DNA from: an uncultured Nitrososphaerota archaeon
GTDB taxonomy: Archaea > Thermoproteota > Nitrososphaeria > Nitrososphaerales > Gagatemarchaeaceae
Length of the DNA: 64,000 nucleotides
Assembly: GCA_963718895.1 (NCBI GenBank)
Contig: CAVRAG010000007.1
Coordinates: 288,001-352,000, forward strand
Direction of reading: 5' to 3'
Below the pieces are notes generated by a model, which ran no database searches, had not been told where the DNA came from, and saw only the letters and a program-made list of their open reading frames with translations. A program made the translations under genes and the position numbers. Positions within the stretch are counted from its first letter, which is position 1. The number at the start of each line of letters is the position of its first letter. Below, piece after piece: positions 19,170 to 28,706 of the stretch.

Positions 19170-20060
19170 TTGAAACCGAGAAACACGAAGAGCGAGGGAC
19201 GGGTCGACGTACTCGGCTTCAGCATCTTCTACAAGGTGTTCGCCCCGCCGATGCCCAGGGCAACTATCCTCTGCCTGCACGGAGGGCCGGGAGCGACGCA
19301 CGACTACCTCCTGCCCATCAGGGACCTCGCCAAGTTCGGCTACAGGGTCGTCTTCTATGATCAGCTGGGGTGCGGGAACTCGGAGATGCCGAAGAACTAC
19401 GCCCTCTTTACCGTGGAGAGAGCGGTCGAAGAGCTCGAGGTGTTCCGCCGAGTGATGAAACTCGGGAAGGTGCACCTGATGGGTTCCAGCTACGGCGGCA
19501 TGCTTGCCCTGGCCTACGCTCTGAAGTACCAAAGAAACCTCCGCAGCCTCATCACCACAGGGGGACTCGCGAGCATCCCGCTGACGATATCCGAGATGGA
19601 GAGGTTGAAGTCGGAACTCCCTCCGGACGTAATCGAGGTACTGGAGAAGTACGAGGCAAGAGGAGAGTACGAGAACCCCAAGTACGAGGAGGCCGTGATG
19701 GTGTTCTACAAGAAGCACCTCCTGAGGCGAAAGAACTGGCCTGCGGAGCAGATCCACACTATGACCCACATGAGCAAGCCGGTCTACGGGACCATGAACG
19801 GGCCGAACGAGTTCACCATCATCGGGAACCTAAGATACTGGGACATCACTGACCGGCTCCACGAAATCAGGGTTCCGACCCTTGTCACCGGCGGGAGGCA
19901 CGACGAGGTCTCCCCGAAGGTCGCCAAGAGCATACACGACCACATCAAGGGGTCGAAGCTAGTCACATTCGAGAAGAGCTCCCATCTCCCGATGTGGGAG
20001 GAACGCTCGCGCTACATGAGCACGCTCGACCGCTTTATGAGATCCGTGGATTCGGCCTGA
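19170..20060 (+). CDS. pip: Proline iminopeptidase (tricorn-interacting factor F1-like)
   Basis: LHGGPG, YDQLGCG, GSSYGG nucleophile elbow, GPNEF, SHLPMWEE. Confidence 0.9.
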   Translation: MKPRNTKSEGRVDVLGFSIFYKVFAPPMPRATILCLHGGPGATHDYLLPIRDLAKFGYRVVFYDQLGCGNSEMPKNYALFTVERAVEELEVFRRVMKLGKVHLMGSSYGGMLALAYALKYQRNLRSLITTGGLASIPLTISEMERLKSELPPDVIEVLEKYEARGEYENPKYEEAVMVFYKKHLLRRKNWPAEQIHTMTHMSKPVYGTMNGPNEFTIIGNLRYWDITDRLHEIRVPTLVTGGRHDEVSPKVAKSIHDHIKGSKLVTFEKSSHLPMWEERSRYMSTLDRFMRSVDSA

Positions 20061-20862
20061 GGCCTACCCCTTGTGGGACTTGGAGAGCCACCAGCGCGCC
20101 ACCTCGTCCACAGCGGGCGATCCATACACCCTCGTGGGACTTCACATGAGTGATTATCTTCTCTAGAGTCTTGCTCGCCGCCGGCCTGCCCGTCATGAAC
20201 GGGTGCATCGTCAGGCAGTAGAACTTCCCCTCTTCGTAGAGGACGTCGAACTCATCTCGCCAGAGCTCGAAGACCTCCTGCGGAGAGTACCCCCTCTCTG
20301 CATAGTTATCGTAGTCGTCCAGAGTCACGGCGCTCGGCAGCTCGACGATTCCGCCGTCCCCGAACTCGTGGACGTAGGGAAGGTCCCTGTCGAGGGCGTC
20401 CCCCCTCCAGATGAACCCGCCTGCCTCGTGAAGGAGCCCGATGGTGTTCTTGCTCGGATTCCAGTCGGGGGTCCGGTGACCCACAGGGCGGGTTCCCGCG
20501 GTCTTGGTCACGACCTCGACCGTCCTCTTGATATCGCTGAGCTCTTCCTCGGTCGACATGTTGTAGTACGGTTTGTGGTCCCATCCGTGAACGGCGACTT
20601 CGTGGCCACCGTCGGCAATCGCCCTGACCACATCGGGCCGGGCCTCGGCGGTCCTACCAACCATGCAGAAGGTCGCCTTGATGTTCTGCCTCTTGAGGAT
20701 CCTGAGGACACGGTGCGTACCTTCGTTCGTGTCGTAGTATCCCTGGCTGACGTAGAACATCTTGTCGGGCCCGAATGCGTCAATGAGACCCGACTCGTCG
20801 TCGTTGTCGAAGGTGAATACGGCCGCGATTCTTATCCCGGGTGGCCAGATGTCCTCGGTCAA
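20035..20862 (-). CDS. Polysaccharide deacetylase (CE4, PuuE/HpPgdA-like)
   Basis: FTFDND, HEVAVHGWDH, GHRTP, LTMHP; probable indel near the C-terminus. Confidence 0.85.
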   Translation of the reverse strand: MTEDIWPPGIRIAAVFTFDNDDESGLIDAFGPDKMFYVSQGYYDTNEGTHRVLRILKRQNIKATFCMVGRTAEARPDVVRAIADGGHEVAVHGWDHKPYYNMSTEEELSDIKRTVEVVTKTAGTRPVGHRTPDWNPSKNTIGLLHEAGGFIWRGDALDRDLPYVHEFGDGGIVELPSAVTLDDYDNYAERGYSPQEVFELWRDEFDVLYEEGKFYCLTMHPFMTGRPAASKTLEKIITHVKSHEGVWIARCGRGGALVALQVPQGVGLRPNPRIS

Positions 20863-21009
20863 GCACTCTGATGGTCGCGTCCCGAGAATTTGAGCTTTGT
20901 GTCTGGCTCACCCGACCGTCCGTATCAGGTCGAGAGCCCCAAGAGAGACGAGGGACGGTCGTCTGCGTCCACAGGATTTATCAGCTTACGAAAGCGCGCT
21001 GGGCTCGTA

Positions 21010-22902
21010 TTGCTGTTCAGGCAGTTCGAGGATGAGGTCAGGGATGCCGTCACTTCCGCCCTGAAGGAGAAGGGCTATCCGCAGCCTGAGCTCGAACTCC
21101 TCATCCCGAACAAGGAGGGCCTGGGCGACCTGTCCTGCGCAGTGGCGCTGAAGCTGGCCAGGGAGCTCAGGAGACCGCCGGCCGCGATAGCAAAGGAGCT
21201 CCAGGAGTCCATCTCGTCCGGAGGGAGCATGCGCCTCATCCAGTCGGTGAACGCCCACGCCTCGGGATATCTGAACTTCACCCTCAACTGGCCGAGGTTC
21301 GCCCGCGAGACGGTCTCGGAGGCGCGAACCGGAGTCGGGTCCATCGGGATTGAGAGCAAGAGTGTCCTGATCGAGCATACGAATGTGAACCCCAACAAGT
21401 CCCTCCACATAGGGCACGCCCGGAACCTGGTCCTAGGAGACTCGCTTGCCAGGATAATGAGGAAGCTGGGCGACTCCGTACAGGTCCTGAACTACGTCGA
21501 CGACTCCGGAGCACAGGTTGCAGACGTCATCGTGGGCATGAAGTTCCTCGGGTTCAGCGACGAGGCTCCCCCCGGCGTAAAGTTTGACACGTACTCCGGC
21601 GATACCGTCTACATCAACGTGAACAGGAGGTACGAAGCGGAACCGGCCCTCAAGGAGAAGCAGAGGCTGGTCCTGCAGGAGATAGAGAAGGGCGAGGGCG
21701 AGATAAGCGACTACGCCCACAGGATAGTTCTGAAGATACTCGCGGACCAGCTGAAGACGTGCTGGCGACTCGGAGCGCGCTACGACCTACTGAACTGGGA
21801 GTCGCACATCCTGAAGACGGGGATGTGGGGGAGGCTCTTTGAGGAGCTGAAGAAGAAAGGGATAGCGGTCTACGAGACCGAGGGGGAGAACGCGGGCTGC
21901 TGGGTGATAAGGGACGAGAAACTCGGCGACGAGAAGGTGCTCGTCAGGTCAGACGGGACGGCGGTCTACGTCTCGAAGGACATACCCTACGCCGCGTGGA
22001 AGATCGGGCTGATCGATGACCCGTTCAAGTACGAAATCTATCCCAAACAGCCCGGGGCGAGAGAACTCTGGACCACGACGACCGGGACGGGCGACCGGGA
22101 CCACCCGAAGTTCGGGGGTGCAGACCTCGCAATCTCGGTGATCGATACCCGCCAGAGCAGGCTCCAGCAGATAGTCAGCAGGGTTCTCGAGAGGATGGAG
22201 GGCAAGGAGAGCGAGAGGTACCTCCACAGGAGCTACGAGGTCGTCGCGCTCTCAAAGAAGTCCGCTGAGTCTCTGGGCATCCAGACGGAGAAGGAGTTCG
22301 TCCACATGCAGGGCCGGAAGGGAGTCTACATCAACGTCGACGTCGTACTCGACGCTCTCAGGACGAAGGCAATCGCAGAGACCAAGAAGCGCAGTCCCCA
22401 GGACACCGAGACGTGGGTGGAGGAGGTCGCCGAGAAGATAGCGATCGCGGCTTTCAGGTTCGAACTGCTCAAGCAGGACCCGGACAAGATGATAGCGTTC
22501 GACATAGAATCGTCGCTCGAGCTCCAGGGCGAGACCGGACCGTACCTTCTCTACAGCTATGCGCGGGCAAGGAGGATCATATCAAAGGCAGGCTCCGCCC
22601 CCTCGATAGATGAGGAGGGCGCAGCAAAGCTGGCCAACCCGAAGGAGGTAGAGCTGATTAAGCGCCTCTCGATGTTCGACAAGGCGATCATGGAGGCAGG
22701 AGAGTATCTCAACCCGAAGGAGGTGGCGAGGTACGCCCACGGGATCGCCGCTCTCTTCAACGAGTTCTACGAGACGGTCCAGGTCAACAGCGAGCCGGAC
22801 CCCGTCTTGAAGGCGGCAAGGCTGGCTCTGGTGGAGGGGTTCGCGGTGACGCTCAGGGACGCGCTCGGGCTCATAGGAATAGAGACACTGGAGAAGATGT
22901 AG
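21010..22902 (+). CDS. argS: Arginyl-tRNA synthetase
   Basis: EHTNVNPNKSLHIGHARN, RSDGTAVY, QGETGPYLLYSYARA, C-terminal LEKM; TTG start at 21010. Confidence 0.95.
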   Translation: MLFRQFEDEVRDAVTSALKEKGYPQPELELLIPNKEGLGDLSCAVALKLARELRRPPAAIAKELQESISSGGSMRLIQSVNAHASGYLNFTLNWPRFARETVSEARTGVGSIGIESKSVLIEHTNVNPNKSLHIGHARNLVLGDSLARIMRKLGDSVQVLNYVDDSGAQVADVIVGMKFLGFSDEAPPGVKFDTYSGDTVYINVNRRYEAEPALKEKQRLVLQEIEKGEGEISDYAHRIVLKILADQLKTCWRLGARYDLLNWESHILKTGMWGRLFEELKKKGIAVYETEGENAGCWVIRDEKLGDEKVLVRSDGTAVYVSKDIPYAAWKIGLIDDPFKYEIYPKQPGARELWTTTTGTGDRDHPKFGGADLAISVIDTRQSRLQQIVSRVLERMEGKESERYLHRSYEVVALSKKSAESLGIQTEKEFVHMQGRKGVYINVDVVLDALRTKAIAETKKRSPQDTETWVEEVAEKIAIAAFRFELLKQDPDKMIAFDIESSLELQGETGPYLLYSYARARRIISKAGSAPSIDEEGAAKLANPKEVELIKRLSMFDKAIMEAGEYLNPKEVARYAHGIAALFNEFYETVQVNSEPDPVLKAARLALVEGFAVTLRDALGLIGIETLEKM

Positions 22903-23209
22903 GTCGCACTGCGGCGAGGTACCGGTCCGGTTTACACGGCGCCCGACCCGCATTACCGCCCGGAGCAGGTTACACACAGACACGACGTGCCGGACTCCTA
23001 GGCTCCGGGGACTGCGGAACCACGATGAATCGACTAATCGCACTCCACGCTCTTCGTGAAGCCGTGAAGTTCTTCAGGAATTCGCCGAAGGACGTCACGA
23101 TTCACATCGTGGGTACCTCATACCCACGCCGGAGGGAACAGCTCATGGGTCTCACCCCCAAAACTCTAGAACAACATAAAAGAGGTAGATTGTAAGGCCG
23201 GTGACCGTT

Positions 23210-23282
23210 AGCCCGATCGTCTAGTGGTCAAGGATAGGGGCCTCTGGAGCCTCTGACCTAGGTTCGAATCCTAGTCGGGCTA
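23210..23282 (+). tRNA. tRNA-Gln(CTG)
   Basis: AGCCCGA/TCGGGCT acceptor with A1-U72; GGGGC-CTCTGGA-GCCTC anticodon arm; CTAGG-TTCGAAT-CCTAG T arm. Confidence 0.95.
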
Positions 23283-23563
23283 TCTAGAACAAACCTGAAC
23301 CATCACAGTCATCTGGTGCACTGATGCTCACCGGAGGGCTTTCAGAGGGCGGTCTGCTCCAAAAAAAACAAAGTGTGTCGCTGCAAAACACGGGGGAACC
23401 CAGATCCAGAGCAGCGGCCATTGCGCAGTCTGTTTCGATCCGACCGGGCTGAGCAACATGGTCATGGGGACCATCAGCAGAGGACGATGCTGGGACCCAG
23501 AACAGGAGACCACGTTTCAGAAGCTCTATCTATTATAATGACCCGGAATCAGTGTAACGTTCA

Positions 23564-24562
23564 ATGCTTCGGCCAGAGAGAGGTTCGGCCGCGATTTCAA
23601 GGATCGCCTCCGCAATCGTCGTAGTGATCCTGGTGGTGGCAGGAGTGACAGGTGTCGCAGTCTACTACGGGGCCGCTCCTGGAAGGGAATCCACCGTCCT
23701 CGCCACCCTGCAATCGAACAGCGATTTCAGCACGCTCGTGAGCGCTCTCTCCACGGCAAGCGTGGCTAGCACGCTGTCGAGCTCAGCGCCGCATACGATA
23801 TTCGCCCCGACGAACGAAGCGTTCTCAAACCTCCCGCCCGGAGTTCTCACCACTCTCCTTGGCAACCGGACAGAGCTCACTTCGGTGCTCAACTACCAGA
23901 TCGTCGCCGGGAACCTCAACGAGACTAACATGTTCGTCCTGACCTCTCTGGTCACGCTCCAGGGCAGCTCCCTCTCCGTGGGCGTGTACCTGACCGGGTT
24001 GGAAGTAGGGGGCAACGCGTCGCTTACGCATGCGGCTATACCTTGCACGAACGGAATCATCTACCCGATCGACACCGTCCTCATGCCACCCAAAGCGGCC
24101 CCTTCCACACTGGAAGAGACGACCATTCTCCAGACCGCCGAATCTCTGGGTCTCAACTACCTCGTAGAAGGACTCGAGACAGCCGCCCTGGCTAACACAC
24201 TTTCGTCGCCCGGCGCTTACACTCTGTTCGCCCCGACGAACGCCGCCATGACCGTGTTCTCGTGCGGGAACCCGTACAATAACTGTCTTGCGGATCTAGC
24301 GATTCTCTTCTCGAACCAGTCTGCCATCACTTTGGTGATGGAGGACGACATCGCCCAAGGCAACTTCACGTCAGCCCAGCTCGTGACGACGGGGTCGGTG
24401 ACCACTTTGGGAGGCCAGACGCTGCAAGTCACCACGACCTCTGGCATAGTAAGCGTAGGGGCAGCACACATAACGCAAGAGGACATCCGCTGCACCAATG
24501 GGTACATCGACATAGTCGACCTGATCCTCGTACCGCCCAGTGTGAACCACTGGTGGTCCTAG
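23564..24562 (+). CDS. Secreted or anchored protein with two fasciclin (FAS1) domains
   Basis: Two H1 motifs (TIFAPTNEAF, TLFAPTNAAM) and two H2 motifs (CTNGIIYPIDTVL, CTNGYIDIVDLIL); N-terminal TM. Confidence 0.88.
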   Translation: MLRPERGSAAISRIASAIVVVILVVAGVTGVAVYYGAAPGRESTVLATLQSNSDFSTLVSALSTASVASTLSSSAPHTIFAPTNEAFSNLPPGVLTTLLGNRTELTSVLNYQIVAGNLNETNMFVLTSLVTLQGSSLSVGVYLTGLEVGGNASLTHAAIPCTNGIIYPIDTVLMPPKAAPSTLEETTILQTAESLGLNYLVEGLETAALANTLSSPGAYTLFAPTNAAMTVFSCGNPYNNCLADLAILFSNQSAITLVMEDDIAQGNFTSAQLVTTGSVTTLGGQTLQVTTTSGIVSVGAAHITQEDIRCTNGYIDIVDLILVPPSVNHWWS

Positions 24563-24856
24563 CGCCACTCGGAAGGCCGCCTGTAACAGTCATGAAACAC
24601 GCTGTTCACGTGCCTGGGAGGCGGAATCAGGCGCATCCCGAGGCGATTGTCTATCCCTGGCCTCCGGGTTGGGCCTTGCTTCCCATTTGAGGACCGCCCA
24701 GCCCGAGACCGCACGCGAAGTCCTCGAGGTAGCTCTCACCCCCCGTATCATCAATGAGAACTCGACCGTTTCAGCCACCTGGCGACTGTATCAGATTCGT
24801 TTCAGCGAACCAATTTAGTCGCAGCGCTCCCATGCTCTCCCTGTGGCTTGAGAGAA

Positions 24857-25315
24857 ATGACCGCACAACAAACGGCGGCTACGGCGGAAAGCTTTCCAAA
24901 CGGGGCCTCGGTGCTCGCCATGGTAGGCGGCTGCCTTATGATCGTGGCCGGACTCCTTATCCTGGGTCTGGGAGTGTTCGTGATCCCCCACCTGAACCCC
25001 TCGGTCTTCGGCAACGGGACCGCATCGATCCCGGTCCGGAACATGCCCAGCTTCGTGGGAAGCGTCCTGGCAGGGGTGGGCTCGTTCGGGCTCATCTCTG
25101 GGGTAATCGTGCTCGGCTCCGGCTTCATGCTGAGGGTCAAGCCAGACCAGTCGGCCGTCTGGGGGCTCTTGATGCTCATATTCTCCGTCCTGAGCTTCTT
25201 CGGCACTGGAGGGTTCATCGTAGGGGCCATCCTGGGCATAATAGGCGGCGTCATGACGCTTCGGTGGAAGCGTCCGGCGGCGTCGGCGCCATCAGGGAGC
25301 GTTCCAGGAGCATGA
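24857..25315 (+). CDS. Membrane protein (DUF6114-like)
   Basis: Four TM segments; GGFIVGAILGIIGG. Confidence 0.65.
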   Translation: MTAQQTAATAESFPNGASVLAMVGGCLMIVAGLLILGLGVFVIPHLNPSVFGNGTASIPVRNMPSFVGSVLAGVGSFGLISGVIVLGSGFMLRVKPDQSAVWGLLMLIFSVLSFFGTGGFIVGAILGIIGGVMTLRWKRPAASAPSGSVPGA

Positions 25316-25390
25316 GGACAGGCTTGTCACGGACAGGATAAAGAATCGCCCCGGGAGCCAGAGGGGAGCGAGAGGAGAGGGCCAAACGAC

Positions 25391-25905
25391 TTGAAGAAGC
25401 TCAAGGTTCTGCTCATACTGCTGGTCGCGGCGACGTCAGGTCTCGCTGTCTCGATCTACCTGCTGGCGCTCATCTATTCCCCGACGGAGACACCGACGAG
25501 GGTGCTCTACCTGATTCTGACGGGTGGCTTCCCTCAGAACCTGACCTTCTTCATCCCTCTCTCCTCCCTCCTGTTCCTCAGCACCGTCCTCGCCAGCATG
25601 GTAGGCGTAGTCTACTTCCTCGTCCTCCCCGAGATGAAGGACTACTACGAGTCTGACCCCGGAAGGGAAGCAGGCGCCATGGTCCTTAGGACCCTGAGGC
25701 CCGACGAGAGGAAGGTGGTCGGGGTGCTCAAGGTCCACGGAGGGACATACTTGCAGAAGTTCATCACCGGGAGACCGGTCTTTCCAGGCTGAAGACCCAC
25801 AGAGTCGTCGCCACACTCGCGGAGAGGGGCATCGTGCATGTTGAAAGGCAGGGCAACACGAACGAGGTCTCGCTCGCAAAGTGGTTCCTCGAAGGGATGG
25901 GGTGA
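25391..25905 (+). CDS. Membrane-anchored winged-HTH protein (frameshift near 25775)
   Basis: Two TM segments, then LRPDERKVV...GGTYLQK / GLSRLKTHRVVATLAERGIV...GNTNEV. Confidence 0.7.
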
Positions 25906-26085
25906 AGTCAGGTCTTCGTATCGAAACCCGCTTCTGGATAGGGCCTATCCTCCCTTCCCTCGTGATCAGGTATCTGGAAATGGAAGTAACCCTCAGAATG
26001 CGTTCCCCGCATTTCGCTGACCTTCGCCGGGCTTCGTCTCGGTGAATTCCGGCTGGTAGGAGGAATTCGACCTAACAGCAGGGTG

Positions 26086-27087
26086 TCAACTCCTGCCGCT
26101 CGACTTGAAGTATGGAAGCACCTTCCTCTCAAAGAGGCTCAATGCCTTCTCATCGTCGAAGGTGTTGATCATCAGGTAGGCGTGGTCGAATCCGCACTTG
26201 AAGTACTGCTCTATCCTCTTGATGAACTCGTTCTCGTCGGTCGCTATGGGGAAGACCTCGGCTAGCTGCTCGTCGGTGACGGAATTCCCTATCTTCTCGA
26301 TCTCCCTCGGGTCGGAGATGTTGTTGTTGAAGATCTCAGGTAGGATGGTGGCGCGCCACTTCCTGCAGGCCTGGACCGCCCGGTCGTAGTCCTCGTCGTA
26401 GCCGACGTCTATCTCGACGACCTTGAGGAAGTCGTCCAGCGTTCTCCCCGACTTCTTCGCTCCCTCTACGATGTTAGGGAAGAGGACCTCGTTTATGTAC
26501 TGTGGGGTCTTCCCCGCCGTTATTATCCCGTCCCCGTACTCCCCGACGATCTTGGCCATTTTCGGGCCCATCGCGGACATAAGTATCGGGATGTCGGCCT
26601 TCATGTACAGGTTCGCCCCCTTGATCTTGTAGTACCTCCCGTCGAAGTCGACGAAGCCGCCCTTCCAGAGCGCCCGGATTATCTTGACCGCCTCGATCAG
26701 CCTGTCCCTCCTCTCGGGGTACTTCGGCCATGTGTATCCCAGCGGGACCTCGTTCATGGCCTCCCCTGTCCCCACGCCGAGGATCACCCTATCTCCGAAG
26801 AGCCCCTGCATGGTCGCGAAAGCCTGAGCGGTAATTGCGGGGTGGTATCTGTAGGTCGGCACGGTCACGGCCGTCCCGAAGGGGATCTTCACCTCCTGCA
26901 TCGCGGCACCCATGAAGACCCAGCTGTTGTACTCGAGCGCGTCGGTGTTGAACCAAGGGTGGAAGTGGTCGGGCAGCCAGATCGCGTCGAATCCAGCCCT
27001 CTCTGCGCGCTTGCAGACCTCGAGCAGCTTCTTCGGTTCCGTGACGTCGGGGATCGCGTTGTAGCCGATTGAGTTCTTGGCTAGCAC
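26086..27087 (-). CDS. F420-dependent LLM oxidoreductase (G6PDH/Adf-like)
   Basis: WLPDHFHPW, RYHPAITAQAFAT, LGVGTGEAMNE. Confidence 0.88.
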   Translation of the reverse strand: MLAKNSIGYNAIPDVTEPKKLLEVCKRAERAGFDAIWLPDHFHPWFNTDALEYNSWVFMGAAMQEVKIPFGTAVTVPTYRYHPAITAQAFATMQGLFGDRVILGVGTGEAMNEVPLGYTWPKYPERRDRLIEAVKIIRALWKGGFVDFDGRYYKIKGANLYMKADIPILMSAMGPKMAKIVGEYGDGIITAGKTPQYINEVLFPNIVEGAKKSGRTLDDFLKVVEIDVGYDEDYDRAVQACRKWRATILPEIFNNNISDPREIEKIGNSVTDEQLAEVFPIATDENEFIKRIEQYFKCGFDHAYLMINTFDDEKALSLFERKVLPYFKSSGRS

Positions 27088-27241
27088 AGGCGCCGACTCG
27101 TGCGTGCCCGCTTGAGATAAGTATGCCGAAGATTGGCGGACGAAGCGCCTGCTGGAGGCATCAGGGAGGCGTCAGGAGCCGATACCTCCAACTTGGGAAT
27201 CCCGGTCTGATCACGAGAAAGCGATATCTACACCGGGCCTA

Positions 27242-27655
27242 GTGCGTGGGAGTGACCTCGAATTGCCTGACGCCAGGAAGGGTATGGTTCAGATCTCGAG
27301 TGAGCATTCCTTCGCCGAGACGTTCGCGAGGCTCGAGCTTGAGGTGACATCTCGAGGCCTCACCATCTTCGCGCGAGTAGACTTCAGCGAGGACGCCGAG
27401 AAGGCAGGGCTGGCGATGAGACCCACAGGCCTGCTCGTGTTTGGAAGTCCAAGAGCAGGCACGCCGGTGATGATCGCCGCCCCGACGGTTGCGATGGACC
27501 TTCCCCTCAAGGTCCTCGTCTCCGAGGACGAAGGCGGCAGGGTCTGGGTCTCGTACAACTCGCCGGACTACCTCCGGGAGCGGCACAACATCCCGGATGA
27601 CCTGGTGAAGAACATTACTGGGGTGGCTGGGATTGCAGAGACTGCGGCCCGATAG
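27242..27655 (+). CDS. DUF302 protein
   Basis: FGSPRAGTPVM...DLPLKVLV..D..GRVWVSYN. Confidence 0.85.
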   Translation: MRGSDLELPDARKGMVQISSEHSFAETFARLELEVTSRGLTIFARVDFSEDAEKAGLAMRPTGLLVFGSPRAGTPVMIAAPTVAMDLPLKVLVSEDEGGRVWVSYNSPDYLRERHNIPDDLVKNITGVAGIAETAAR

Positions 27656-27738
27656 AGCGAATCGTATCCTCAGCCCAGGACAAGGCCTCCAGTCTCCCAC
27701 GCCCCTCGGCGACTCGTGCTCGAAGTGCCTCGAGCTGT

Positions 27739-28497
27739 TCACCAGACGAGGGGGATGAGATGGTAGCGGACCCTCTTGCAGTATTCATCGTATCCCGACA
27801 GACTCCTCCTTAGGAACTTCTCCTCTTCTGCGAGTCTCACGACGATTACCAGAAACATGGGAAGAAAGGGGGCCAATCCCCAGTAAGAGCCCAACGCCAG
27901 TGGAGTGAAGAGCAGCATCACGAGGGCACCGGCGTACATCGGGTGACGGACCACACGATAGGGACCGGTCGAGACAACTTCCTGCCCCTCGTTCACCCTC
28001 ACGGCCGTTGAGGCGTGGCTGTTCTCCTTGAAGACCAGGAAGATGGTCGCGAGCCCGAGCATGACGAAGATGTCGCCCACCGCGACCAGGTAGATGGGGA
28101 CGGTGGACCAACGGAATCGATGATCGAGGGATGGAACGAGTATAATCAGGATGAAGAAGAGGCCTATGAGCACCTGGGCGACCTTCTGTACCCTCTCTCC
28201 CTCCGCCCCTGGACCCGCTTCCAATCGATTCTTTATCAGAGTCATGTCGTGTCTCAGGAGATAGATGCTGATGGCCGACACGCTGACGACGAAGAGGATC
28301 CAGTATACCCACGCCTGCCAGAATCCCAGAGACCCTCCAGTCAAGAACAGGACAAGCCAGAGCAGGAGAGCAAGAGAGGCCAAGCCTGCGAGCGCCTGCC
28401 TAGCCACCTTGGCTTCAGGCTCGTCGGCAGTCCCTGACCGGGGCAGATCTGAAGTCACCGACGCCGCCACCGCCTCACGAGTCCCTGTCGACCTCAA
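27739..28497 (-). CDS. Isoprenylcysteine carboxyl methyltransferase family membrane protein
   Basis: VVSTGPYRVVRHPMY, EEKFL...GYDEYC..VRY. Confidence 0.88.
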   Translation of the reverse strand: MRSTGTREAVAASVTSDLPRSGTADEPEAKVARQALAGLASLALLLWLVLFLTGGSLGFWQAWVYWILFVVSVSAISIYLLRHDMTLIKNRLEAGPGAEGERVQKVAQVLIGLFFILIILVPSLDHRFRWSTVPIYLVAVGDIFVMLGLATIFLVFKENSHASTAVRVNEGQEVVSTGPYRVVRHPMYAGALVMLLFTPLALGSYWGLAPFLPMFLVIVVRLAEEEKFLRRSLSGYDEYCKRVRYHLIPLVW

Positions 28498-28706
28498 GAC
28501 AAGATTCCGGCCGGAGGTGCCAATCTAAGGATTGCGGGGTGACCTAACTGGGTGATTCTGAGCCAACGGTAACCGGTCTTGAGCCTGCTTTCCCGTTCTC
28601 GGGGCTCTCTCCCTGGTCTAATCTCTCCCCGAGACAAGGTCATGACTGGAGAAGGTCGGCGGAACGCTTAAGACGACACTCGGGGCGCTCATCGCCAGTT
28701 AATCTC

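Noticed and set aside
22903-23209. 300-nt gap between argS and tRNA-Gln as a possible ncRNA or small ORF
   Set aside because: No recognisable RNA motif, and the short ORFs are unconvincing; left unannotated.
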